Assembly: GCA_035708165.1 (NCBI GenBank)
Contig: DASSSZ010000005.1
Location: forward strand, 112,840 to 176,839
Direction of reading: 5' to 3'
DNA from: Minisyncoccota bacterium
GTDB taxonomy: Bacteria > Patescibacteriota > Minisyncoccia > Phycocordibacterales > UBA2100
Length of the DNA: 64,000 nt
Shown here in pieces: positions 42,756-52,606 of this stretch; the first letter of the stretch is position 1; every line of letters begins with the position of its first letter. The notes beneath the pieces were generated by a model. It did not search any database, had not been told where the DNA came from, and saw only the letters and a list, made by a program, of their open reading frames with translations. The translations under genes and the position numbers were made by a program.

Positions 42756-43325
42756 ATGGAGAAAAACGGTTTCTTGCGCACCATCAGAAGAGTGCCGCCA
42801 GGCTCTCAAGTGGAGCTGATCCAGCTCTGGCATGGCGATCGTCCGGTTGCGGAAGTCACGGTGCCGCACGGCCGGGAGCGGGATTTTGCGGCCATTGCGG
42901 ACGCGTTACGCCAGCTACAGACCGCGGGGTTCCATTTCCTGCCACTTGCTAAGGCGGATGCTACGGTGTCCCGCTGCTTCGTCTCGCACGAGAAGGATCT
43001 GGTGCAGAAAGCACTCGAGGCGGCGCGCCGCGGCGATCACCGGCAGTTCGGAGAGATGATGGGATTCCCGGCTTCCGCGATCGATGCGTTCGTGCACAAG
43101 GAAGCGATGCTTTCTGAGGAAGACATCAGTGCTTCGATCGGGTTTAGGAATTGGCATTTCCATCTGCGTTTCGCGAAAGCACATCCGGAAGACATGCACG
43201 CGTACCTCGCCCGGGGCTACGCGCACCTGCTCGACGATGCGCCTGATCTCATGCTCGACATGCTCCCGAAGGAAGAGGATCCGCGTGCGTACCTCGCGTC
43301 CGTCAGGCAATTCGTCGGCGCGTGA
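42756..43325 (+). CDS. Hypothetical protein
   Basis: ORF with purine-rich leader before ATG 42756; FGEMMGFP.SAI segment; no function recognised. Confidence 0.6.
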   Translation: MEKNGFLRTIRRVPPGSQVELIQLWHGDRPVAEVTVPHGRERDFAAIADALRQLQTAGFHFLPLAKADATVSRCFVSHEKDLVQKALEAARRGDHRQFGEMMGFPASAIDAFVHKEAMLSEEDISASIGFRNWHFHLRFAKAHPEDMHAYLARGYAHLLDDAPDLMLDMLPKEEDPRAYLASVRQFVGA

Positions 43326-43363
43326 TCATGTCTGTTGCAGAGGCCGCTTCAAAGCGGCCTCTT

Positions 43364-44401
43364 CTATTTCTTGGGAAGCACCAGCATCCCGTCGCCGAAG
43401 GAGAAGAAGCGGAAACCGTGCTGCTTCGCGAGCTCATAGAGCTCGAAGAGCTTCGCCCGGCCGATCATGGCTGCCACGAGCATGAGAAGGCTCGACTTCG
43501 GCACATGGAAATTGGTCATCAGGCCATCGGCTGCTCTGAATCCGTACCCCTCGCGGATGAAGAGCCGGGTCGAAGCGGAGCCGGCCTCGATGCGGCCGCT
43601 TGCATCTGCGGCGGACTCGATCGTGCGCAGCGCCGTCGTGCCGACGGGGATCACCGGGCGGCCTTCGGCCTTCGCGCGGTTGATCGCGTCAGCTGCCTCA
43701 CGCGGTATCTCGTAGCGCTCCTCGTGGAGCTGCCCGGTCGCGAGCGCCTCATCCGTGAGGGGAAGGAACGTGCCGAGGTTCACATGGAGCGTGACGAACG
43801 CCGTCTCGATCCCGGCATCGGCAAGCTTCTGCAGGAGCTCTGGCGTGAAGTGGAGCGACGCCGTGGGCGCTGCGATCGAGCCCTCGGCGCGCGCGAAGAC
43901 GGTCTGGTAGCGCGTCCGAAGCGCATCCTCGGAGAGCGGCGTCTTCTTGAGATAGGGCGGGATCGGCGTCCTGCCGTTCTCCTCGAGGATGCGCGCGAGG
44001 CTGCCGCTCGCCTTGAAGCGGTAGCGGCCGGCGGTATCGATCACGGTGAGCGTCTCGGCGCCGACTGAAAGGACTTCATCCAAGGCGAGCTTCTTGTTCG
44101 TGAGCGCAGTCGCGGTGTCCGTGCTGAGGTCGAGCTCGGTCATGAGCACCTCGACCGTGCCGCCGGTCGCGCGGGTCGCGAAGATGCGGGCAGGGATCAC
44201 CTTCGTGTCATTGAAGACGAGGAGCGCCCCGCGCGGGAGATAGCGGGGCAGGTTCGCATAGGTGTCGTAGCGCGCAGAGCCGTCCTCGGGCGAGTAGACG
44301 AGGAGCTTCGCGGAATCGCGCGGCTCGGCAGGGGAGAGGGCGATCTGCTCGTCGGCGACCTCGTAGTCGTAGAGCGCGAGGAGCTGCTCGAGAGGAGTCA
44401 T
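43364..44401 (-). CDS. queA: S-adenosylmethionine:tRNA ribosyltransferase-isomerase
   Basis: VFNDTKVIPAR, PIPPYL, AAPTASLHF, TNFHVPKSSL, FFSFGDGM. Confidence 0.95.
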   Translation of the reverse strand: MTPLEQLLALYDYEVADEQIALSPAEPRDSAKLLVYSPEDGSARYDTYANLPRYLPRGALLVFNDTKVIPARIFATRATGGTVEVLMTELDLSTDTATALTNKKLALDEVLSVGAETLTVIDTAGRYRFKASGSLARILEENGRTPIPPYLKKTPLSEDALRTRYQTVFARAEGSIAAPTASLHFTPELLQKLADAGIETAFVTLHVNLGTFLPLTDEALATGQLHEERYEIPREAADAINRAKAEGRPVIPVGTTALRTIESAADASGRIEAGSASTRLFIREGYGFRAADGLMTNFHVPKSSLLMLVAAMIGRAKLFELYELAKQHGFRFFSFGDGMLVLPKK

Positions 44402-44410
44402 GGCGAAATG

Positions 44411-45559
44411 CTAGAGCTCGTCGTTGCCGATGCGCTCCCGCAATTCCCGTGCGAGCGCATTGAAGCGGAAGACGTTGTGCATGGAGAGGAGCATCGCGCC
44501 CGATGGCTCGTGCGCGTGCACGAGGTGCGCGATGTACGCGCGCGAATAGGTCGTGCAGACCGGGCAGGCGCACGCTGGGTCGAGCGCGATGTGCGTCGCG
44601 GCAGGTTCGCGATGGATCGCCTTGCCCATGTCGAGGCGGCCCTCGCTCGTGAAGGCCGTCCCGTGCCGGGCGTAGTGCGTGGGCGTAATGCAATCGAACG
44701 TATCCGCGCCGCCTCTCGCGATGTAATCGAAATCCTCCGGGTGCCCGACGCCGAGGAGGTGCCGGGGTTTCCCGGCCGGCAGGGCATCCGTGACGACCTT
44801 CGCCATACGCTCGAGCGACTCCTTGTCGTAGCCGAATTCGCCGCCGATGCCGAAGCCGGAGAATCCTTCCATCGCGCCGATCACCTCGGCGCTCTGCCGG
44901 CGCAGCTCGGGGACGCCGCCGCCTTGCACGATCCCGTAGAGGGCCTGATCGGTCGCTTTGGCTGCAATGCACTGCGCGGCCCAGCGATGGGTCTTCTCGA
45001 GGGACTGCTCGAGGTACGCCTGATCCGCGAGCGGCGAAGGGCACTCATCGAAGGCGAACATGATATCCGAGCCGAGCGCTTCCTGGATCGCGATCGATTC
45101 TCTCGGGCCGAGGAACAGCTCGCGGCCATCGAGAGGCGAACGGAAGAAGACGCCCTCTTCGGTGATCCGCACGCGCCGCGGCTGCGCGCCGGCAGCGAGC
45201 GTCTTCTGACCCTCTTCCTGGAGGATCTTGCCCATGCCGTGATCCATGCCGAATCCCATGCTGAAGACCTGGAAGCCGCCCGAGTCCGTGAGGATCGGCT
45301 TCTCCCAGCCCATGAATGCATGCAGGCCGCCCGCCTCCTTCACGAGCGCTTCGCCCGGCGTGAGATGCAGGTGGAAGGTGTTGCAGATGAGGAGCTGCGT
45401 GCCGAGTTCGGCCGCTCGCTCGCTCGGGATAAGCCGCACCGAGCCGCGAGTCGCGACCGGCACGAACGCGGGCGTCTCGATAGCGCCATGCGGCGTCTCG
45501 ATGACGCCGAGCCGCGCGTTCGAGCGCGATGATTGCTTGAGGATCTTGAATGAGATCAT
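44411..45559 (-). CDS. tgt: tRNA-guanine transglycosylase
   Basis: TPAFVPV, TDSGGFQVFS, FDEC, GIVQGG, DTFDC, CxCxxC zinc site. Confidence 0.95.
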   Translation of the reverse strand: MISFKILKQSSRSNARLGVIETPHGAIETPAFVPVATRGSVRLIPSERAAELGTQLLICNTFHLHLTPGEALVKEAGGLHAFMGWEKPILTDSGGFQVFSMGFGMDHGMGKILQEEGQKTLAAGAQPRRVRITEEGVFFRSPLDGRELFLGPRESIAIQEALGSDIMFAFDECPSPLADQAYLEQSLEKTHRWAAQCIAAKATDQALYGIVQGGGVPELRRQSAEVIGAMEGFSGFGIGGEFGYDKESLERMAKVVTDALPAGKPRHLLGVGHPEDFDYIARGGADTFDCITPTHYARHGTAFTSEGRLDMGKAIHREPAATHIALDPACACPVCTTYSRAYIAHLVHAHEPSGAMLLSMHNVFRFNALARELRERIGNDEL

Positions 45560-45694
45560 GGCCGTAGCATACACAGCGCGGCGGTGCTTGGCGAACCCTA
45601 GGCCTGCTCGCGCTGCGAGGCGCTGCCGTTTCCGCAAGAGAGGAGTGCCCTGCGGTTGAGCGTGCTGCGTTCGTATAGTATCCTACCCCGCAGC

Positions 45695-45767
45695 GCCATC
45701 TTAGCTCAGTAGGTAGAGCACGCCCATGGTAAGGGCGAGGTCCCCGGTTCGATCCCGGGAGATGGCT
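45695..45767 (+). tRNA. tRNA-Thr(GGT)
   Basis: GCCATCT/AGATGGC acceptor, CGCCC-AT GGT AA-GGGCG. Confidence 0.93.
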
Positions 45768-45800
45768 CCCGGCCGCGATGCCGTGCTAGTATCGTGGCAC

Positions 45801-45873
45801 GCCACCTTAGCTCAGTTGGTAGAGCGACGCACTCGTAACGCGTAGGTCCCCAGTTCAATCCTGGGAGGTGGCT
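45801..45873 (+). tRNA. tRNA-Thr(CGT)
   Basis: GCCACCT/AGGTGGC acceptor, CT CGT AA loop. Confidence 0.92.
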
Positions 45874-45997
45874 CAAAGAGATTCATCAGATCCATTCGCT
45901 CCGATTCGGAGCTCCAGGGGTGGAGGGTGATGCGAGCGCGCGCAGCATCGCCCACTCGTACCTCACGGTGCCAGTTCAATCCTGGGAGGTGGCTCAA
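45850..45997 (+). repeat. 27-bp direct repeat of the tRNA-Thr 3' end flanking a ~94-bp insert
   Basis: CCAGTTCAATCCTGGGAGGTGGCTCAA at 45850-45876 and 45971-45997. Confidence 0.88.
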
Positions 45998-46045
45998 GTG
46001 GAGAAGGCGCCTGCGGCACCTTTCTGAGTTGGTATACTGCCTTTG

Positions 46046-47230
46046 ATGGATGTGCACGAGGAAGCGCGCGAGGTCCTGCGGAGGAACCGCCGCACCACGA
46101 GCGGCCACCAGTACACGGTCCCCGCACCCGATACGTACCCGTACCAGTGGCTGTGGGATTCGTGTTTCCACGCGATCGCGCTCGCGACATTCGAGCCTGA
46201 AGCGGGGGCGGCTGAGCTCCGCTCGCTCGTCACGAAGCAGTTCGAGAACGGGATGATCCCGCACATGATCTATTGGGAGCCGAGCCCGCTCTACGATTTC
46301 GCCTGGGGCACGAGCGGGACGAGCGCACTGACCCAGCCGCCGATGCTCGCGTATGCCGCGCGAGCAGTCGCCGATCGGCTGCCGGACGGGCACGCATTCC
46401 TCGAGGAGCTCTTCCCGAGCATGATCGCGTTCTACCGCTTCCTCGTGGATAAGCGGGATCCGCGCGATCATCACCTGATCGGCATCATCAATCCGGATGA
46501 GTCCGGCGAGGACAACTCGCCGCGCTTCGATGCGATCCTGCACGTGCCGCCGGATATCGCGCTTGCCGATCACCTCAAGCGCCGCCTCGAGCTCGTGGAT
46601 GCGAACCGGACGTGCAACTTCGATGCGGAGCGCTGCATGCGCAAATACTTCTGGGCGAAGGACGTGCCCTTCAATGCGATCATGATCGAGAACCTGCGCT
46701 CGCTCGAGGGGATCGCCCGCGAGCTTGCCCGTGAGGATGACGCGCGCTTCTGCGCGCTCAATGCCGACCTCATCGCGCGCGCCATGCACGACCTGCTGTT
46801 CGCCGACGGCATCTACTGGTCCGCGAAAGGCATCGATTACGAGAAGCTGCGCGTCGCGACCTGGGCGCATTTCGCGCCGCTCTTCGCCGGCCTGTACTCG
46901 CCGGACGAGGCCCGGTGCCTCATCGAGGAGCATTTCACTGATGAGACGACGTTCCGTTCGCCATGGGGGATCCGCACCACCTCGGCGAAGGAGCCGTCGT
47001 ACCGGCCCGATGGATTCTGGCGGGGCCCGGTGTGGATGGCGCCGCACTGGTTCATCTATCATGGCCTCATCCGCTACGGATTCAACGATGAGGCGGCATG
47101 GATCCGTGAGCGCAGCGAGGCGCTGCTCGCGCACTCAGGATTCCGCGAATATTTCGACCCGGAGACGGGGCAGGGATGCGGCGCGCACGACTTCACGTGG
47201 GGGGCGTTGATTCTTGCTATGATGAGCTGA
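46046..47230 (+). CDS. (alpha/alpha)6 glycoside hydrolase, GH63/MGH1-like
   Basis: YPYQWLWDSCFH, TQPP, ESGEDNSPRFD, FWRGPVW, FREYF. Confidence 0.85.
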   Translation: MDVHEEAREVLRRNRRTTSGHQYTVPAPDTYPYQWLWDSCFHAIALATFEPEAGAAELRSLVTKQFENGMIPHMIYWEPSPLYDFAWGTSGTSALTQPPMLAYAARAVADRLPDGHAFLEELFPSMIAFYRFLVDKRDPRDHHLIGIINPDESGEDNSPRFDAILHVPPDIALADHLKRRLELVDANRTCNFDAERCMRKYFWAKDVPFNAIMIENLRSLEGIARELAREDDARFCALNADLIARAMHDLLFADGIYWSAKGIDYEKLRVATWAHFAPLFAGLYSPDEARCLIEEHFTDETTFRSPWGIRTTSAKEPSYRPDGFWRGPVWMAPHWFIYHGLIRYGFNDEAAWIRERSEALLAHSGFREYFDPETGQGCGAHDFTWGALILAMMS

Positions 47231-47231
47231 T

Positions 47232-48155
47232 ATGGAAGGCGATGTGGAAGGACGGCAGCTGGCGTACCAGCCTCAAGTGGCGGGGCACGTCCAGCCGCAC
47301 GCGGCCGTCGTCGTAGGCGGCATGGGCGGCTCCGGGCTCGCGGGCCGCGCGGCGCAGTGGCTCGGGGTCCCGCACGTGCTGCGCCATGCCAGCTACGACC
47401 TGCCGCCGGCGCTGCCGCCGCACGCGCTCTACGTCGCGATCTCCTATTCGGGGAACACGGAAGAGACGCTCTCGTTCGCCGAGGCGGCCCTCGCGCAGCA
47501 CCTGCCGCTCGCGGCGATCACTGCAGGCGGGCGGCTCTCGCAGATGGCGGTGGAGCGGCAGCTGCCGCACGTGCTCGTGCCCGGCGGGATGGTGCCGCGG
47601 GATGCGTTGATCGCGCAGACCAAGGCGCTGGTCGCGCTGCTCGGCGCCTCGCTCGATTGGGATGCGCGCGATGAGCCGGCGCATGGCGCGATCACGACGG
47701 ATTCCGAACGGCTCGCCCGCGCGCTTACGGGGAAGGTCCCGCTCGTCTACGCAGGCCCAGGCAGCGAATTCCTCGCGTATCTCTGGAAGACGACGCTCAA
47801 CGAGACGGCGAAGGTGCCTGCGTTCAGCAATGTCTTCCCGGAGTGGAATCACAACGAGCTGCAGGGGATCGACCCCACGGGTCCCTTAGGACAGGCGATA
47901 CCGGTCGCGCCGGTCATCCTCGAGTCCGAGCAGGACGACTCGCGCATCCGTCACCGCATGGAAGCATTCGCACGCGTGTTCGTCGAGCACGGGGGAGCGG
48001 AGCCGCTGGTGATCCCGCCGCCGGTCGCGCCGCGGGCAGGGACATTCATCTACCATTGGGCGCTCGCTCGCGCTGTCGCGCACGCGCTCGCAGCCCGCTA
48101 CCATGCGGACCCGGATGCGACGCCCCTGATCGAGGCATTCAAGAAGGAACTCTGA
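47232..48155 (+). CDS. Bifunctional phosphoglucose/phosphomannose isomerase (SIS)
   Basis: GMGGSG, SYSGNTEET, NETAK, PEWNHNE. Confidence 0.88.
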   Translation: MEGDVEGRQLAYQPQVAGHVQPHAAVVVGGMGGSGLAGRAAQWLGVPHVLRHASYDLPPALPPHALYVAISYSGNTEETLSFAEAALAQHLPLAAITAGGRLSQMAVERQLPHVLVPGGMVPRDALIAQTKALVALLGASLDWDARDEPAHGAITTDSERLARALTGKVPLVYAGPGSEFLAYLWKTTLNETAKVPAFSNVFPEWNHNELQGIDPTGPLGQAIPVAPVILESEQDDSRIRHRMEAFARVFVEHGGAEPLVIPPPVAPRAGTFIYHWALARAVAHALAARYHADPDATPLIEAFKKEL

Positions 48156-48156
48156 T

Positions 48157-48957
48157 ATGGCGAAGATCGTATTCGACATCGGCGGGACGAACATGCGCGT
48201 AGCGCGCTGGCAGGACGGCGCAGTCGCGGACGCGCACAAGGAGCCGACGCCGCGCGGGCGCGAAGCGGGCCTCAGCAAGCTTCTCGAGCTCGCCCGCGCG
48301 ATCGCAGGCGAGGAGCCGATCGAAGCCGTGGCCGGCGGCTTCGCCGGCGTCATCGGCCCGCGCGGCACCATCCTGCATTCCCCGCACCTGCCGGGCTGGG
48401 AGGGCTGTTCGATCGCTGATGCGTTCGTGCCGCTCGCCGAGCGCGTCTCGGTCACGAATGACGCCGCGGCAGGCGCACTCGGCGAAGCCGTTTTCGGCGC
48501 AGGCAGCGGGAGCCGCGTGGTCGCGTATGTCGCGATCGGCACCGGCGTCGGCGGTTCGCGCATCGTGGACGGCCAGGTAGACTCGCCTGCGCACGGCTTC
48601 GAGCCCGGGCATCAGATCGTGGAGGTGAGCACGGACTCCACGCTCGAGTCGCGCGTCTCGGGGAGCGCCATGACTGCGCGGTATGCCATGCATCCCTCGC
48701 TCCTGCCGCGCGAGGCGTACGATGGCGCGCTGCCGTACCTCGCGGCAGGCCTGTCCAACATCCTCATGCTCTGGTCGCCCGATATGCTCGTCCTCGGCGG
48801 CTCGATGATGAACGAGGAGAACGGCTATCGGCTCGCGGATATCACGGCGGCGGTCCGTGAGCTCGCCCTGCCGCACATCGAAGTGCCGCCTATCGCGAAA
48901 GCGGAGCTCGGCGACCAGGCCGGCCTCTACGGCGGAGGCGTGCTATTGCAGCGATAA
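48157..48957 (+). CDS. ROK-family sugar kinase
   Basis: DIGGT, NDAAAGALGE, IGTGVGG, EPGH. Confidence 0.9.
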   Translation: MAKIVFDIGGTNMRVARWQDGAVADAHKEPTPRGREAGLSKLLELARAIAGEEPIEAVAGGFAGVIGPRGTILHSPHLPGWEGCSIADAFVPLAERVSVTNDAAAGALGEAVFGAGSGSRVVAYVAIGTGVGGSRIVDGQVDSPAHGFEPGHQIVEVSTDSTLESRVSGSAMTARYAMHPSLLPREAYDGALPYLAAGLSNILMLWSPDMLVLGGSMMNEENGYRLADITAAVRELALPHIEVPPIAKAELGDQAGLYGGGVLLQR

Positions 48958-49000
48958 GCGTACGCGTGCTATACCGCACGGAGCACTCACGGAGGCTCGC

Positions 49001-49228
49001 ATGATCGTACTGCAGCTCTTCTTGCCGGACGGCACGCCCATCACCGATGGCTCCCATGCCGTCATGAACCTTCTGATCGACGTGCCATCCGAAGCGTTCG
49101 AGTGCGGGGACTATCCAATCGAGATCAATGGATACCCGTACCGGTTCCGCGCCATCCGCAAGAACGCCTTCCTCGATGATTCCGGCGAGGTGCTCGATGT
49201 GATCGAGCTCGTCAAGAAGCCGAACTGA
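49001..49228 (+). CDS. Small hypothetical protein
   Basis: GGAGG 5 nt before ATG 49001; 75 aa. Confidence 0.55.
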   Translation: MIVLQLFLPDGTPITDGSHAVMNLLIDVPSEAFECGDYPIEINGYPYRFRAIRKNAFLDDSGEVLDVIELVKKPN

Positions 49229-49316
49229 CAGCAGCTGCGCCCTCGGGCGCGGCTTTCGCATCGGTTATGCACGTATCGCGGTTGCGGCGCACGCAGCCGT
49301 CCTGCAGTATCAAGGC

Positions 49317-50486
49317 ATGCACCGCGCGCGCCAGCACCCCTTCCTCGCAGCCGCGCTCGGCATGCTCTGCGTACTGCCGTTCCTCGCTGCCATGCCGCAA
49401 CGGGCGGTCGCGGCCGATCTCTCGCTTCCGCAGCTCGTCTCGCTCTTCATCTCGCTGGGGATCATCCCGGCAGAGAAGGCGGATGCAGCGCGCGCAGCGA
49501 TCGCACGCATGGGCGCCGGGAGCGGGAGCGCCGCGGCGTGCGCGGATATCTCGCATGCGCTCAGCCTCGGCTCGACCGATGCGGCGACCAGCGGCGATGT
49601 CTCGGCGCTCCAGCGGCTCCTCACGCAGACCGGCGACTATGCGTACCGCACGATCACCGGCTACTTCGGCCCGGTCACGCAGCAGGCGCTCGAGCGCTAC
49701 CAGGCGCGGCTCGGCATCGTCTCTGCCGGCTCGCCGGCGACGACCGGGTACGGCCGTGCCGGCCCTGCCACGCGACGCGCGATGCGCTGCGCGGCCGCAG
49801 GCACGGGGAGTGCAGCCGTGCCCGGCTCGAGCGAGGCATCAACGCTGCCCGGCAGCTCCGCGGCGGCATCATCTACCGCAGCGGCATCCACGGCATCCGC
49901 GACCATCGATGACGTGCCGCTCTCGGTCGAGACCGGCGACCTCATCCTGACCGGCTCGGCCACCGGGACCGCATCGCTCATCCCCGTCATCATCCCGGGA
50001 TCGTACGATGGCCCGACGAACTGGCTTTCGATCGGCGGCGTGCTCTCGGGGCAGAGCCACGGCGAGCTCGACGGCACGTCCGTCTATGCGTTTACCGTCC
50101 CGGTCGTCGGCGGCCGCTGGTTCACCTACTTCACGGGCCTTCTGCCGGGCGCGTACGACGTGCTCGTCTATGATGCGCTCCCGGCATCGCACCCCTTGGT
50201 CACGACGGGCGAGGTCACTATCGCAAGCGCGACGAGCACGAGCGCGACCTGCACGCTCAGCCCGAGCGCGACGACGACATCGGTCGGCACTCCCTTCACG
50301 CTCGCCTGGACGAGCGACGGCGTGGAGGCGCCCATCCTCTATGAGAACGACGCCCAGGTGGTCTCCGCGCGCGAGATCCCGGCGGATGGCTCGCTCCCGT
50401 ACCAGGACTCGCAGCCGACGGTGCACGTGTTCGGCATCGGCGACACCCACTCGGTTTACTGCCACGCGACTGTCTCTACGCGCTAG
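49317..50486 (+). CDS. Secreted peptidoglycan-binding-domain protein
   Basis: Signal peptide; LSLGS..GDVSALQRLL..TGYFGPVT..AL..YQ..G..GP.TR. Confidence 0.8.
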   Translation: MHRARQHPFLAAALGMLCVLPFLAAMPQRAVAADLSLPQLVSLFISLGIIPAEKADAARAAIARMGAGSGSAAACADISHALSLGSTDAATSGDVSALQRLLTQTGDYAYRTITGYFGPVTQQALERYQARLGIVSAGSPATTGYGRAGPATRRAMRCAAAGTGSAAVPGSSEASTLPGSSAAASSTAAASTASATIDDVPLSVETGDLILTGSATGTASLIPVIIPGSYDGPTNWLSIGGVLSGQSHGELDGTSVYAFTVPVVGGRWFTYFTGLLPGAYDVLVYDALPASHPLVTTGEVTIASATSTSATCTLSPSATTTSVGTPFTLAWTSDGVEAPILYENDAQVVSAREIPADGSLPYQDSQPTVHVFGIGDTHSVYCHATVSTR

Positions 50487-50525
50487 TCCTGCTATACTGC
50501 CGGTGGAATCGCACAGGGGGATCCC

Positions 50526-50948
50526 ATGCTCTCGCAGTATCTTTTCCTCGGCGTAGCCGTGGTCGGGCTCGCATTCGCCAGCTCGTTCGTGATGACAATC
50601 CGGTTCGGCCGCGCGCTCGCCGTCCCGGGACGCCAGATGCGCACCGACGCCCATCGCCGATGGGCGAGCATGACCGTCGCGGCGCTGATCGCATTCGTGC
50701 TCGCCGCGGAGGCGTTCGCGGATCTCGGCGGCATGGCGCGATCGTTCGACCAGCCGGTCTTCTGGGTGCACCTTCCGAGCGCGCTGCTCGTGGCCGTGCT
50801 CCTATTCACGCTGCGCATGCGCTACACGGGGCTCGCGAGCCCGCGGATGCACCGCGTGCTCATCTATTGGCTCCTCATCCCGGCGTTCGTCGTGATGTGC
50901 GCGACCGGCATCGTGCTGTTCGTGCCGATCACGGGCCAGCTCTTCTGA
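50526..50948 (+). CDS. 4-TM membrane protein (DUF420-like)
   Basis: Four hydrophobic helices with His residues (AHRRW, VHLP, MHR). Confidence 0.65.
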   Translation: MLSQYLFLGVAVVGLAFASSFVMTIRFGRALAVPGRQMRTDAHRRWASMTVAALIAFVLAAEAFADLGGMARSFDQPVFWVHLPSALLVAVLLFTLRMRYTGLASPRMHRVLIYWLLIPAFVVMCATGIVLFVPITGQLF

Positions 50949-51006
50949 CAGGCTTCCCAGCCACAAGCCGCGCCTCCGGGCGCGGTTTTGCTATACTGGC
51001 AGCATC

Positions 51007-51906
51007 ATGCCGGGCAAGGAGGAGCTGGAAGCGCGCATCGCTGCGATCGAATCGAGCATGTCGCAGCCCGACTTCTGGAACGACAAGGAGCGCGCGCAGG
51101 CGGCGATCCGCGAAATGCAGGACCTCAAGGCGAAGCTCGAAGGCGCTGATGCGTACGACAGGGGCAACGCCATCATCTCGATCATGAGCGGCGCCGGCGG
51201 GGATGATGCGGAGGATTTCTCCGCGATGCTCTACCGCATGTACCAGAAGTACGCGGAAGCGCGCGGCTGGACGACTGCCCTCATCCATGAGAATACGAAC
51301 GACCATGGCGGCTATCGCAACGTCTCCTTCGAGGTCGCCGGGAAGAATGCGTACGGCACGCTGCGGAACGAATCCGGCGTGCATCGCCTGGTGCGCGTCT
51401 CGCCCTTCAATGCGCAGGCGAAGCGCCAGACCAGCTTCTCGATGGTCGAAGTGGTCCCGGTCCTGCCGCCCCTCGGCGATATCGAGATCGATGAGAACGA
51501 TCTCGAGGTGGAATTCTCCCGCGCCGGCGGCAAGGGCGGCCAGAACGTGAACAAGGTGGAGACAGCCGTGCGCCTCACGCATGCGCCGAGCGGCATCACC
51601 GTGCGCGTCACGAGCGAGCGCAGCCAGCAGCAGAACCGCGAGCGCGCGCTCCAGATGCTGCGCGGGAAGCTCTACCGCAAGCAGGAGGAGGACCGGCAGA
51701 GGCAGGCACGCGGGCTCTCGCCGGCCTCCGGCACCTCGATCGAGTGGGGGAATCAGATCCGCAGCTACGTCCTGCACCCGTACAAGCAGGTGAAGGACCA
51801 CCGCACCGAGTACGAGAGCCACGATCCCGATGCGGTGCTCGAGGGCGATCTCCAGGGGTTCATCGATGCGGAGCGGAGCTTGGACGGCTCCGAACGTGGG
51901 GTATAA
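51007..51906 (+). CDS. prfB: Peptide chain release factor 2 (short form)
   Basis: SPF tripeptide, [20 protein letters not shown]. Confidence 0.93.
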   Translation: MPGKEELEARIAAIESSMSQPDFWNDKERAQAAIREMQDLKAKLEGADAYDRGNAIISIMSGAGGDDAEDFSAMLYRMYQKYAEARGWTTALIHENTNDHGGYRNVSFEVAGKNAYGTLRNESGVHRLVRVSPFNAQAKRQTSFSMVEVVPVLPPLGDIEIDENDLEVEFSRAGGKGGQNVNKVETAVRLTHAPSGITVRVTSERSQQQNRERALQMLRGKLYRKQEEDRQRQARGLSPASGTSIEWGNQIRSYVLHPYKQVKDHRTEYESHDPDAVLEGDLQGFIDAERSLDGSERGV

Positions 51907-51922
51907 TAGGCAACGCGTTCCT

Positions 51923-52603
51923 ATGATCTATTTCGATAAGGTGACTAAGGCATATGGCGACGGAGTCCCGGCCGTCGAGGACATCGAGCTCTCGATCGAG
52001 CCGGGCGAGTTCGTCTCGATCGTCGGCCACTCGGGCGCTGGCAAGACGACCCTCCTCAAGATGCTCTTCGCCGAGGTCGCGCCGACCGCCGGCGCGGTGT
52101 ATTTCGGCTCGCGCGATATCAGCCAGCTGCGGCCGAAGGAGCTCCTCGAGATGCGCCGCATCATCGGCACGGTCTTCCAGGATTTCCGCCTGCTGCCCAC
52201 CAAGAACGTGTACGAGAACATCGCGTTCGCGATGGAGGCGGCCGGGCGGCTCGATGAGGATATCGAGGCGGATGTCCCGCACGTGCTCGATCTCGTCGGG
52301 CTCGCGGATAAGATGTGGAGCTTCCCGCACGAGCTCTCGGGCGGCGAGCAGCAGCGCGTCGCGATCGCACGCGCCATCGTCAACCAGCCCGATATCCTCA
52401 TCGCGGATGAGCCGACCGGCAACCTCGACCCGATCAATACGTACGAGGTGGTGCAGATCCTCAAGAAGATCAACGACCTGGGCACGACCGTGCTCCTGAC
52501 GACGCACAACAAAGGCGTCGTCGATTCTATCAATCGCCGCGTCGTCACGATGGACCAGGGGCGCATCGTGCGCGACGACCCGGCTGGCAAGTACGTCCTC
52601 TAA
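51923..52603 (+). CDS. ftsE: Cell-division ABC ATPase FtsE
   Basis: GHSGAGKT, VFQDFRLL, LSGGEQQR, DEPTGNLD; paired with ftsX. Confidence 0.92.
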   Translation: MIYFDKVTKAYGDGVPAVEDIELSIEPGEFVSIVGHSGAGKTTLLKMLFAEVAPTAGAVYFGSRDISQLRPKELLEMRRIIGTVFQDFRLLPTKNVYENIAFAMEAAGRLDEDIEADVPHVLDLVGLADKMWSFPHELSGGEQQRVAIARAIVNQPDILIADEPTGNLDPINTYEVVQILKKINDLGTTVLLTTHNKGVVDSINRRVVTMDQGRIVRDDPAGKYVL

Positions 52604-52606
52604 TCT

